This document shows positions 8,912-17,657 of a stretch of 35,597 bases of DNA, piece after piece. The notes beneath the pieces are model-generated. The model was not told the DNA's origin and searched no databases. It saw only the letters and a list, made by a program, of their open reading frames with translations. Positions within the stretch are counted from its first letter, which is position 1; every line of letters starts with the position of its first letter. The translations under genes and the position numbers were made by a program. Origin of the DNA: an uncultured virus (IMG/VR IMGVR_UViG_3300028454_001154) (lineage: Duplodnaviria > Heunggongvirae > Uroviricota > Caudoviricetes); the IMG/VR virus record IMGVR_UViG_3300028454_001154. One strand, 5' to 3'.

Positions 8912-10141
8912 ATGAGTTTTGATCCTGTATCCTACGTGATCGGAAAGAATGGCGCATCTTCTGGCGGCGGTGGGTCGAGCGTCCCGTCGAAGGACGTCAA
9001 TTTTATCGACTACGACGGCACGATCACCAACAGCTACACGGCGGCGGAGTTTGCTGCGCTGACGGCTATGCCTGACAACCCATCCCATGATGGTCTGACC
9101 TCGCAGGGTTGGAACTGGAGCCTGTCTGACGCACAGGCCTATGTTGCAAAATATGGCGAGCTTACTATCGGGCAGATGTATATTACCGATGACGGCAAGA
9201 CGCGCATCTACATCCATCTGGAGGAGGGGCGGCTCGCACCGTATCTCGGTATTGGGGTAAATGGCACAGCGGTGATTGATTGGGGCGATGGGTCTGAAAC
9301 GAATACCGTGACCGGGACAAGCGTCACCACCATCATTAACACGCAGCACACATACGCGGCGGCAGGGGACTACGTTATCATCATCGACGTGACGGGGAGC
9401 ATGACCCTGTCTGGGCACTCCAAATGGGGTTCGCAGCTTTTGTGGAATCAAGGCTCATCGGAAACCGAAAACGGCGTTTACCAAAATGCCGTGCAGCGGG
9501 TGGAAATCGGCAGTAATATAACTATCGGGAGTTTTGCGTTCAGATACTGCCACGGCCTTTCAAGCATTACGATTCCAGATAGTGTGACAACTATCGGGAG
9601 TAGTGCGTTCAGCTCCTGCTACAGCCTTTCGAGCGTTACTATTCCGGACGGTGTGACAACTATCGAGATTGGTGTGTTCAATAGCTGCTCCAGTTTGACG
9701 AGTATTACAATTCCAGATAGTGTGAAAACTATCGAGAATAGTGTGTTCAGCGGCTGCTACATCCTTTCGAGCGTTATTATTCCAGATAGTGTGACAACTA
9801 TCGGGAGTAATGCGTTCAATAACTGCCACCGCTTGACGAGTATTATAATTCCGGACAGTGTGACAACTATCGAGAGTGGTGCGTTCAGCTTCTGCCACAA
9901 CCTTTCGAGCGTTACTATTCCAGACAGTGTGACAACTATCGGGAGTAATGCGTTCAGTACCTGCCACGGTTTAGGCTTCATTCGCTTTGAGTCGACCATC
10001 CCACCGACGGTAGCAAATAGCAACGCCTTCCTTAATCTCACCACCGACTGTATTATTTACGTCCCAGCGGGGACGCTGAGTGACTACACCAGCGCGACTA
10101 ACTACCCGTCCAGTAGCACTTACACCTATGTGGAGTATTAA
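8912..10141 (+). CDS. BspA-type leucine-rich repeat (LRR_5/TpLRR) protein with N-terminal PKD-like domain
   Basis: Seven 23-aa repeats 'TTIGS.AF..C..LSS.TIPDSV'; 'IDWGDG' PKD-like motif; typical C-cap 'IIYVPAG....Y..ATN'. Confidence 0.9.
   Translation: MSFDPVSYVIGKNGASSGGGGSSVPSKDVNFIDYDGTITNSYTAAEFAALTAMPDNPSHDGLTSQGWNWSLSDAQAYVAKYGELTIGQMYITDDGKTRIYIHLEEGRLAPYLGIGVNGTAVIDWGDGSETNTVTGTSVTTIINTQHTYAAAGDYVIIIDVTGSMTLSGHSKWGSQLLWNQGSSETENGVYQNAVQRVEIGSNITIGSFAFRYCHGLSSITIPDSVTTIGSSAFSSCYSLSSVTIPDGVTTIEIGVFNSCSSLTSITIPDSVKTIENSVFSGCYILSSVIIPDSVTTIGSNAFNNCHRLTSIIIPDSVTTIESGAFSFCHNLSSVTIPDSVTTIGSNAFSTCHGLGFIRFESTIPPTVANSNAFLNLTTDCIIYVPAGTLSDYTSATNYPSSSTYTYVEY
9521..9975 (+). repeat. About 6.6 x 69-bp tandem repeat encoding the LRRs
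   Basis: Units start actatcgRg at 9521, 9590, 9659, 9728, 9797, 9866, 9935. Confidence 0.95.
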
Positions 10142-10153
10142 GGAGATGACAGC

Positions 10154-10339
10154 ATAATCCGCGAAGAACTCATTGAAGACGGCGAGCGCGTCTACCATTG
10201 GAGCGATCTCAACCTCAAAATCCGCCAGATCGAGACTGGCGTCGTGTACGACGACGCGGTCGATGTTGTCCCGTGCCGCTACACCTACGAGGAAACGGAC
10301 GAGCCAATCGACTTGCCCGACGAGCCAATCAATATGTAA
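10154..10339 (+). CDS. Small acidic protein following the LRR gene; apparent ATA start (absent from ORF track)
   Basis: Frame IIREELIEDGERVYHWSD.NLKIRQIETGVVYDDAVDV..C.YTYEETDEPI; RBS aaggag 8 nt upstream; resembles small proteins that follow phage LRR genes. Confidence 0.6.
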   Translation: MIREELIEDGERVYHWSDLNLKIRQIETGVVYDDAVDVVPCRYTYEETDEPIDLPDEPINM

Positions 10340-10454
10340 CGGCGCACTTGCAGCAACGACACAAATGGCGCTGCCGGACAGAGCGCCGAATAAGTGAATA
10401 TTCCGGCCGGGGAGAGCGAAAGCTCTCCCCACTTAGCCGAAGAGAGGAGGAGTT

Positions 10455-10790
10455 ATGACCACATATCAATGGCTCTCTCTGTTCGGCGTTCCGACGATCA
10501 TCCTGTCGCTGATCATGCATATCAGCAGCAAGCTGAAAAAGGAGCGCATCGAGCTCAGAGAGAGTGACGCGGCATTCAGAGCAGGACTCCAGGCGCTTTT
10601 GCGAGCGCAGATGATTAACGACTACAACAAGTGGAATGATCGTGGGTATGCCCCGATCTACGCAAGAGAGAACTTTGAGAATTGCTGGATGCAGTACCAC
10701 GCACTCGGCGCAAACGGCGTGATGAACAATATCCGCTCGCTGTTCTTAGCCCTCCCTACAGAACCGCCGGAGGTGAAAAATGAGCAATAA
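10455..10790 (+). CDS. Putative holin-like lysis protein
   Basis: N-terminal TM helix; 'LQALLR..MI..Y..W...GYAP.Y..ENF...W.QYH.LG.NG.M'; directly upstream of the endolysin. Confidence 0.6.
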   Translation: MTTYQWLSLFGVPTIILSLIMHISSKLKKERIELRESDAAFRAGLQALLRAQMINDYNKWNDRGYAPIYARENFENCWMQYHALGANGVMNNIRSLFLALPTEPPEVKNEQ

Positions 10791-11478
10791 AATCGAAGAT
10801 TTGTATCCAGAATTGCAGGTAATCTGCCGCAATTTCATCAAAAAATGTGCAGATCAGGGGCTGAATGTCGGTATTTCGCATACTTTTCGATCAAAAGCGG
10901 AGCAAGACGCCCTGTACGCGCAAGGCAGAACGAAGCCCGGGAGCATCGTGACGAATGCAAAATACCCGAAGTCCGCTCATTGCTGGGGGCTCGCCTTCGA
11001 TATCTACCGTAATGACGGGACTGGAGCATACAACGAGAGCGGTCAATGGTTTGAACGCTGCGGAGCGATAGGGAAGGGCCTTGGCCTTGCTTGGGGAGGA
11101 GACTTCCGAAGCATCAAGGATCGACCTCATTTTGAGTTTAAGCGGCTGCTGCCGAATAACAGTTGCAATCAGCTCATCAAGCAGTACGGAACGCCTGATC
11201 GCTTCATGGCGACATGGAAGGAGGCTGATGAAGACATGACTCAGGAACAATTCTATCGTATGTTCGAAGCTGCAATGACTCAGTACAACACACAGCTTCG
11301 CGCCAAGCCTGAGAGCGCATGGTCTGCTGCAGAAGGAGCATGGACCAAAGCGCAGGAAATGATCGGAACCAACGGTAAGCCTATCGTTGATGGAACGGCG
11401 CCGCAGGCTTCGATCACAAGAGAACAGTTTGTCGCTGTCCTTGGCCGCCTCGGCTTGCTGGACGATAGCCATGAATAA
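10780..11478 (+). CDS. Endolysin, peptidase M15 family (L-Ala-D-Glu peptidase-like), with SLH-like C-terminus
   Basis: 'TFRS.AEQDALYAQGRTKPG.IVTNA...S.H..GLAFD', 'WGGDF....DRPHFE'; C-terminal 'DGT.PQ..ITREQF..VL.R'. Confidence 0.9.
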   Translation: MSNKIEDLYPELQVICRNFIKKCADQGLNVGISHTFRSKAEQDALYAQGRTKPGSIVTNAKYPKSAHCWGLAFDIYRNDGTGAYNESGQWFERCGAIGKGLGLAWGGDFRSIKDRPHFEFKRLLPNNSCNQLIKQYGTPDRFMATWKEADEDMTQEQFYRMFEAAMTQYNTQLRAKPESAWSAAEGAWTKAQEMIGTNGKPIVDGTAPQASITREQFVAVLGRLGLLDDSHE

Positions 11479-11737
11479 GAAAAAGAAGAACACCTTCGCG
11501 AACCGCATTATCGCCCTGTGTGTCTTCATGTGCTCAATCATCACCGTCGTTGTCCTCGCGCAGTATTGGCGGCTGTACATTGCCCTTCCTGCTGGTGTCA
11601 TAGGGACGCTTGTCGGCTTCTGGGGCGGCGAGCTACTTATCATTGCGCTCAGACAGATCTTTGGCAGCGATGTGGTCGAGCAAAGCAAGAAGACAAAAGA
11701 AAAGCCATCCTCGGAGGATGACGAGTTCAAGATATGA
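11471..11737 (+). CDS. Two-TM membrane protein (lysis cassette)
   Basis: MNKKKKN... followed by two hydrophobic segments; overlaps the endolysin stop. Confidence 0.6.
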   Translation: MNKKKKNTFANRIIALCVFMCSIITVVVLAQYWRLYIALPAGVIGTLVGFWGGELLIIALRQIFGSDVVEQSKKTKEKPSSEDDEFKI

Positions 11738-12093
11738 AAGGAGCTGCAATGGAAGCCATCCTTACTTACTGGTATGTCGTGTTTCTCGCCGTCATCGCAA
11801 TCTGCATTTTCATCGTGTATTGCCGCAAGTTCTTTTGCCTGAGCGATGAAGAAAAGTACGAGAAAGTCCATGCATGGCTGCTGCAGGCCGTCCTTTTGGC
11901 TGAAAAAGAATACGGCGGTAAAACCGGAAAGCTAAAGCTTTCTGTCGTGTATTCTGCCTTTTGCGAACAGCTCCCGTGGCTTGCAAAGGTAGTCCCGTTT
12001 GAGATTTTCTCTGAATGGGTAGATGCTGCGCTTGTTGAAATGCGAGCGCTGATCGAATCCAATAAGGTCATTGCGCACTTTGTTGGAGAATAA
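11734..12093 (+). CDS. Holin (LL-H-like); start may be 11749
   Basis: N-terminal TM; 'WLL.AV..AEKEYG..TG.LKL..VY..F'. Confidence 0.7.
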   Translation: MKGAAMEAILTYWYVVFLAVIAICIFIVYCRKFFCLSDEEKYEKVHAWLLQAVLLAEKEYGGKTGKLKLSVVYSAFCEQLPWLAKVVPFEIFSEWVDAALVEMRALIESNKVIAHFVGE

Positions 12094-12197
12094 CTGAATC
12101 AGGCTAATTCCGGCTCCAACCTCCGGCCGGATAAGCACACCGAGAATGTCTGTTGCCACCCCAAGCGCAGACCGCCGAATCTCGGCGTATATAGAAT

Positions 12198-12239
12198 AAT
12201 CCCCCGGTTTGGCTATATGCCAGATCGGGGGATTTTTTT
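12198..12239 (+). terminator. Rho-independent terminator ending the late operon
   Basis: aatcccccggtttggc...gccagatcggggg followed by attttttt. Confidence 0.8.
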
Positions 12240-12269
12240 GTCTCCAACTATTCGGCTGTACGACATTTC

Positions 12270-12297
12270 TTGACAAATGGTCGGCTTGTGTTATCGT
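12270..12297 (+). promoter_or_regulatory. Sigma70-like promoter
   Basis: TTGACA-16 nt-TATCGT with TG extended -10. Confidence 0.6.
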
Positions 12298-12794
12298 AAC
12301 GTTACAGGGAACATTACCCATAAAAATCACAGCGCAAATGGCAGGAGGTGCAAAGAAATGGAGCGTGATGAGATGACTCAGAACGAGTTGTACTTATTGC
12401 TGCTGTCACCGGCTGACAGCGTCGAACTGCGAACCCTTACCAGTAAGGAAGCAGCCGATTACATAAGGAAACAAGCCGAGCTTCTGAAACAGAAGTAAGA
12501 AGCGTCAGGCCATCGCCAAAGGTTGACAGCCGTGCGATGACCTGACCCAATGCACAGGCGGGAGGCCAGTCCTGCCAACCTCTCGTCTGTGCTCATGGTA
12601 ACATATCGGCAGGAAGAAAGCAAGAGGTTGAATATGTGGGCATATGAAATCATGTGGAGAGAAGAAGGAATCCTGAGGAACAAGGGATTCAAGTATCGGG
12701 ATCAGTTTGACCGATTCCTTAGAAAGTTGAACAGAAAGGATGACGTTGAAATTGTCGCATGTGCGATAAATGTTGCCGAATAATCAGAAATGCA

Positions 12795-12819
12795 AGCCGC
12801 CTTCGGGCGGCTCTTTTTT
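12795..12819 (+). terminator. Rho-independent terminator
   Basis: agccgcc-TTCG-ggcggct followed by ctttttt. Confidence 0.85.
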
Positions 12820-12830
12820 GTTGTTCAAAA

Positions 12831-12870
12831 ACAAAAAACAGATTGACATTGCATCTCTACATGCTATAGT
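12831..12870 (+). promoter_or_regulatory. Strong sigma70-like promoter with A-rich UP element
   Basis: acaaaaaacaga TTGACA-16-TATAGT, TG extended -10. Confidence 0.8.
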
Positions 12871-12893
12871 AAAGTCAAAGAAAAAATACCAAT

Positions 12894-13106
12894 ATGAAGA
12901 TAAATAATCTTCGTTATGGTATATTGAGAGAGGCGGCGATTTCAATGACAAGCGCAATCATTTTCACGGTTGGCACTATTTCTGGCTTCATCCTGTTTCT
13001 CTGTGCCGGAGGATTCTTTATGGAGCACATAGTTCCTCATATCAAGCCGCTCGAAAGGTGGATCGACAGCCTTGAAATCTGCGTTTATGACGAAGAGGAG
13101 GAATGA
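12894..13106 (+). CDS. Small membrane protein (start possibly 12945)
   Basis: Hydrophobic segment; first gene after the promoter. Confidence 0.5.
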   Translation: MKINNLRYGILREAAISMTSAIIFTVGTISGFILFLCAGGFFMEHIVPHIKPLERWIDSLEICVYDEEEE

Positions 13107-13393
13107 TGATGGAACTCAAGGACATTTACGAGCACATGGCCGTGGTTGATATCGAATGTTATGAACGCCGTCTGGTTGTATTCTGGGATGCTTATATCAG
13201 TGAGAAGAAGATAACCGACCTGCTTGAAGCCCGTTACGAGCAATGGGTGCATGTCAGCGAAAACCCCGAAGTCGAGGATTACTGCTGCGAGGAATGGATT
13301 CTTCTTGGATTAGATGAGATCGGCTTGGATTACTTGCAATTCTATATTAACAAGGAGGTTTCTGATGCGAGAAGAGTTTCAAGCTATTTATGA
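13103..13393 (+). CDS. Hypothetical acidic protein
   Basis: RBS gaggagg; overlaps previous stop. Confidence 0.6.
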   Translation: MMMELKDIYEHMAVVDIECYERRLVVFWDAYISEKKITDLLEARYEQWVHVSENPEVEDYCCEEWILLGLDEIGLDYLQFYINKEVSDARRVSSYL

Positions 13394-14000
13394 ATCAACT
13401 ATTAAACGGACAGGATCGGAAGACCTGCTGAAATGGCTGACCGATGGATCGTCTTTTTTCGATGATCCAGCTTCTGCCCGGCACCATCTGGCTGTTGATG
13501 GAGGGCTTTGCCGACACAGCATCAATGTCTACAGGCGTCTGAAATGGCTGTGCGAAATGGAAGCCCTGCAGAGCCCTGATTTCCAAATGCCGAGCGAGGA
13601 GACTATCGCCATTGTCGGGCTTCTGCATGACCTCTGCAAGGTTGGCACCTATGTTAAGGAACCAAAGAATCAGAAGACTTACGATCCTGAAAAGGTAGCT
13701 GCAGCCTTGTTTAAGGAACGAAAGCGTGACAGCCACGGTGAGTTCATCTGGGAAACCGTCATGCAGTTCACGAATAATGACACTCTCCCGTATGGACACG
13801 GAGAGAAAAGCGTCTATATCATCAGCAGCTTTATGAAGCTGACGAGGGATGAGGCTTTCGCCATTCGGTTCCATATGGGATCGTGGAATGACGGCGAAAA
13901 GAACAATGCCAGCAAAGCCTTTGAAATGAATGAGCTTGCGCTGCTCGTTCATATGGCAGACGAGTTCGCAACCTTTGTAGACGAAAAGGAGGAAAGATGA
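13365..14000 (+). CDS. HD-domain phosphohydrolase
   Basis: 'FF..PAS..HH....GGL..HS.NVY', 'LLHDLCK', 'GHGEKS', 'AIRFHMG', 'H.AD'; RBS aaggagg before 13365. Confidence 0.9.
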   Translation: MREEFQAIYESTIKRTGSEDLLKWLTDGSSFFDDPASARHHLAVDGGLCRHSINVYRRLKWLCEMEALQSPDFQMPSEETIAIVGLLHDLCKVGTYVKEPKNQKTYDPEKVAAALFKERKRDSHGEFIWETVMQFTNNDTLPYGHGEKSVYIISSFMKLTRDEAFAIRFHMGSWNDGEKNNASKAFEMNELALLVHMADEFATFVDEKEER

Positions 14001-14707
14001 ACACCAAAGAGTTTTCAAAGAAACTTCTTGAGCTTCGTAACGATATCGACGATATTTATTCGAAGCTCACTCACGAAGAAGAAAACGATGAAGAAGAAAC
14101 GGAGATGCCCTCTAAGCATTACATGGGAAAGCAGATTACACTTAAACACCCTGCTTATGGAGACATTTTGATGGATTGCATTGATGTTAGCCGTAGTGGT
14201 AAAGAGGGCTGCTATCTTATGCACTATGCCATTCCCAACATAGAGTTTGACGCAATTGAAGCTGCTGGACGAGGTAGCCCTCGCGGCAATAATGACTACG
14301 GCGACAGTAACATTCGTCAGTGGCTCAACTCTGAAGAAGGTGATTGGTGGTATAGGACACATCAGTTTGATGCGCCTCCTTCTTATGCAAATAAGCCTGG
14401 CTTCCTTTACGGATTTGACTATCAGTCTTACGGCATTGTGCCCTTCTATATTCCTAAAGTAGGCGAGGATTTGTTTTTCCTCCTCAGCTATGAGGAAGTT
14501 ACGGAAGAAATCCCTTACCTCACCACTGAAGAAGGTGAAAAGCTGTTGCAAAAAACCACAAAGGATGGAGTAACGGCATTTTGGTGGCTTCGTTCCCCGG
14601 CCAACGGAATTACGGGCTACTCCCGTGGTGTTTTTCTCGGAAACCATGGAAACAGATGCGCATTTAATCGTTTGAGTGCAGTAGCGCCTGCCTGTGTAAT
14701 CCGATAA
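13997..14707 (+). CDS. DUF6273-like protein (putative CLec-type C-terminus)
   Basis: 'GNNDY.DSNIRQWLNS', 'FFLLSYEE', 'WWLRSP', terminal 'VAPACVI'. Confidence 0.75.
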   Translation: MNTKEFSKKLLELRNDIDDIYSKLTHEEENDEEETEMPSKHYMGKQITLKHPAYGDILMDCIDVSRSGKEGCYLMHYAIPNIEFDAIEAAGRGSPRGNNDYGDSNIRQWLNSEEGDWWYRTHQFDAPPSYANKPGFLYGFDYQSYGIVPFYIPKVGEDLFFLLSYEEVTEEIPYLTTEEGEKLLQKTTKDGVTAFWWLRSPANGITGYSRGVFLGNHGNRCAFNRLSAVAPACVIR

Positions 14708-14761
14708 TCCAAAATCCAGCTTTTTGGCTGGACATTTACGTAGAAGGAGCTTGAAAAAGAA

Positions 14762-15211
14762 ATGACTAACAAAGATCTGCTGTTCCGCAAATGCGAATGT
14801 TTCTCATACCTTAAATCCGTGCATGATGGCGTTTGTATTGAACGTGTCGATCCAAAGGATGCTGAGGATGGGGAAGAGCATTATGTCCTGTGCAAGTCAG
14901 GCAGTGGCCCACGGCTGCCATACTATCCCGGAAGCTGTGACGAATCACCTTGCGAAGGCTCTTTCGACCTTGAAAAGACATATTACAAAAAGACCGAGAA
15001 AAACTTTGTGGGTGTCTGCGTCGGATTCAGGGATATTGTCACAGAAGGCTATCTCGGTGTTGATACCATCACACCGTCCTATGGCGATGAACAAAGGGTC
15101 GTCTTTAAGGAGCCCAAGACAGCAGTTCCCTGTGCTTTGGTCTACTTCGGAAGCAACATGAAGCGCTGGGTGCCGATTGAAGATATCATTTTGCTGAGGG
15201 AGGGCAATTAA
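14762..15211 (+). CDS. Hypothetical protein
   Basis: ORF with RBS aaggag. Confidence 0.6.
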   Translation: MTNKDLLFRKCECFSYLKSVHDGVCIERVDPKDAEDGEEHYVLCKSGSGPRLPYYPGSCDESPCEGSFDLEKTYYKKTEKNFVGVCVGFRDIVTEGYLGVDTITPSYGDEQRVVFKEPKTAVPCALVYFGSNMKRWVPIEDIILLREGN

Positions 15212-15649
15212 ATGGGAGACAAAAGGATCGTGATGACTCTTACCTCCGGTCAGCTTGCCTTGATACAAGACGCTTTGGAGGAACACTTCCGTTTGCGAAT
15301 GGGGCAGGCGTTCTCGTCTGAACTGGCAGATGATCTCGCTTTTCAGAATATTGACTTGCCCAACGATGATCCAGCTGAACGCGAGCGCATTTTCGATGCA
15401 GCCATCAAAAGACGGAATGCTGGCGTTGAAAAGCTTGAGGAGTTCATCCGGATTTGTCTTGGCTATGAGAGTGGACGCTACAGGAAGACAGATGCAGTTC
15501 AAAATGAGATTGACATGTGGGCAACTGTCAGACACTGGCGGTGGCAACAGAGTGACCACAAGTCATCGTTCGATGTAAGATCCGATCCTGTTTTCTTAAC
15601 TGGAACCGAACCCGCGCTTGAAATCGAATGGGAGAATGATGAGCCATGA
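15212..15649 (+). CDS. Hypothetical protein
   Basis: Coupled ORF; RBS gggaggg. Confidence 0.6.
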   Translation: MGDKRIVMTLTSGQLALIQDALEEHFRLRMGQAFSSELADDLAFQNIDLPNDDPAERERIFDAAIKRRNAGVEKLEEFIRICLGYESGRYRKTDAVQNEIDMWATVRHWRWQQSDHKSSFDVRSDPVFLTGTEPALEIEWENDEP

Positions 15650-16272
15650 GCATAGAAAAACTGAAAATCATGTTGGACCCGCATGCTTTTTTGCCTATGC
15701 GGGCCCATGCTGCAGATGCCGGATTAGATTTGTTCGCGCCATATAAAGTCACAATCCAGCCGGGAGAGAGGGAAACCATTGATACAGGCGTCCATCTTCG
15801 GATACCGGATGGATATGTCGGCCTGCTGACATCCAAGAGCGGCCTTATGAAGTATTACGGAATTACATGCAGAGGCACTATAGATGCCGGGTACACTGGT
15901 TCGATACAGCCCGTCTTGTTCAACCACTCGAAGCATGTGATTCAGCTTAAACGCGGGGACAAGATAACTCAGCTTGTCATCATGCCTATCGAGACTCCTG
16001 ATCTTGAAATCGTCGATCAACTTGATGAAACTGAGCGTGGAGCGAGCGGTTTTGGAAGCACTGGATACTCCCTTGTGACCGAAAAAGAACCTTCCTTAGG
16101 CAACCTTACCATTTGTCACGGTGACATAATACGTGACTGTCACAAACGGAAATCAACATTACAATATGTAAATAAAATATTAAGGCAAAACCTGCCAAAA
16201 ATATCATCAATAAAGACCTTTGTTTTTCGCTGTTTTCCTTTGATTTTCTCTGTTTTTCTCATGTCACTGTGA
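15646..16272 (+). CDS. dut: Trimeric dUTPase (homology ends ~16065; anomalous C-terminal extension)
   Basis: Motifs 'DAGLDL', 'SKSGL', 'GTIDAGYTG', 'ITQL', 'RG.SGFGSTG'. Confidence 0.93.
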   Translation: MSIEKLKIMLDPHAFLPMRAHAADAGLDLFAPYKVTIQPGERETIDTGVHLRIPDGYVGLLTSKSGLMKYYGITCRGTIDAGYTGSIQPVLFNHSKHVIQLKRGDKITQLVIMPIETPDLEIVDQLDETERGASGFGSTGYSLVTEKEPSLGNLTICHGDIIRDCHKRKSTLQYVNKILRQNLPKISSIKTFVFRCFPLIFSVFLMSL

Positions 16273-16440
16273 CAGTAACGTTATGTGTAACGTAACGCGT
16301 AACGTCTACAGTAACCGTGACAATAACCGTTACTGTCACGTTTGAGCGGAACTAATATATATTATATATAATATATAATATTTTATATTGGTTAATTAGA
16401 AAGAAGAAAAGAAAAAGAAAAGAAGAAAGAGTGGAGTCAC
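16115..16440. repeat. Cluster of GTNAC pentamers/palindromes followed by AT-rich and A/G-rich tracts (candidate origin or terminus)
   Basis: gtcacggtgac, gtgactgtcac, gtcactgtgac, gtaacgtaacgcgtaac, gttactgtcac; then taatatatattatatataat... and aaagaagaaaagaaaaag. Confidence 0.6.
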
Positions 16441-16795
16441 GGCATAAAGACCACAATGATCCCTACAGTCAAAACTCAGCCAGAAGTGAACATCAGGTCA
16501 TCGTATGGACCATGAGCTCTCAAGCCATCTCAAAGGGCAAATACAAGAAATAACAGGAGCCTGTTCAAACATCCACTCATAAAGCCTCAGGCTATCAGTT
16601 CCAAAGCTTGATTATGGCCCGTTCTACCGGATGGCAGCACAGTACACGTCCTGAATAGGGCAAAAATCAAAATAAAGCAACGGGAAGGGAGGAATTATGG
16701 TCCGATAAACAAACTTTCACCCCAGAGAGAAAAAGGCCCGTACAGGTGATCTACGAAGTAATCCAGCAACCCTCCCAAGGAAAGGAAGAAGAAAG

Positions 16796-17083
16796 ATGAA
16801 AGTGAACATCAACGAACTCAGAAAGGATTCGCTCCAGCTTGTGGCATTGGCTCGCATGTATCAAGAAACGTTTTTAGATCGTGTAGAGCTGCTGGAGACT
16901 GACGATCCGAATGAATTGTTCGACCGCCGAATGGCGCTTGAAGCATACTATATGCTGTACGACCTCAGCGATTCCATCGCGAAGGACATTTTGGATCTTG
17001 CTGATGAACTGGAGGCCTATGATCAGAAGTTGAAAATGCTGAATGATCAGTTGGCCCAGCTGAGGAATGCTTACGGGGAATAA
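16796..17083 (+). CDS. Hypothetical coiled-coil protein
   Basis: ORF with purine-rich RBS. Confidence 0.55.
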   Translation: MKVNINELRKDSLQLVALARMYQETFLDRVELLETDDPNELFDRRMALEAYYMLYDLSDSIAKDILDLADELEAYDQKLKMLNDQLAQLRNAYGE

Positions 17084-17239
17084 TCCGAACGCAGGGGCTT
17101 GCAGCTGCAGGCTCCGGTACATAAAAATCCGATAAAATGCCTTCGAACATACCCACATTCATTGGCGGTAAAAATAAAGACAGGGAGGCAGTCAGAAATG
17201 GCTATTCGCCCGCACAACTATTTGCTCGAATTACATTAT

Positions 17240-17268
17240 TTGACAAAAGAATCGCAATGTGTTACGAT
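17240..17268 (+). promoter_or_regulatory. Sigma70-like promoter
   Basis: TTGACA-17-TACGAT with TG extended -10. Confidence 0.75.
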
Positions 17269-17318
17269 ATAGTTGAGGGAAAGGAAACTTTTCCATCTCA
17301 GAATGGAGGTCATTGATA

Positions 17319-17657
17319 ATGACAGAATTGACCAAGCAGTACCTCTTGGAAATCCAGTTCGCCATGGATGAGGAAAACGGCGTTTGGAAATATGGCGCCG
17401 CATATGACAAGGGGATCGGGAGTAAGTTCTACACCTCTAAGGAGGCAGCCGAAGCTGGTCTGGCAAGGCTCCTTCGCAAGTTTAATCTGGATTACACCTA
17501 TGGTGACGATGGTAAGCGCCGCGAGACGCACGAGATCGGCGGAGGCCTTGGCGCCGATATGGTCATCACCAAGGAGATCGATGACATGAATCGCATCGTT
17601 CATTGGAAGATCAAGGTCAGGGAGGTTACGCCGTGGGAGGAGGTCGAATCCAAATGA
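17319..17657 (+). CDS. Hypothetical early protein
   Basis: RBS ggaggt; follows promoter. Confidence 0.6.
   Translation: MTELTKQYLLEIQFAMDEENGVWKYGAAYDKGIGSKFYTSKEAAEAGLARLLRKFNLDYTYGDDGKRRETHEIGGGLGADMVITKEIDDMNRIVHWKIKVREVTPWEEVESK

Noticed and set aside
9521..9975. 69-bp repeats as CRISPR or DGR template repeat
   Set aside because: In-frame coding repeats of an LRR protein, with no spacers and no non-coding copy seen in the window.
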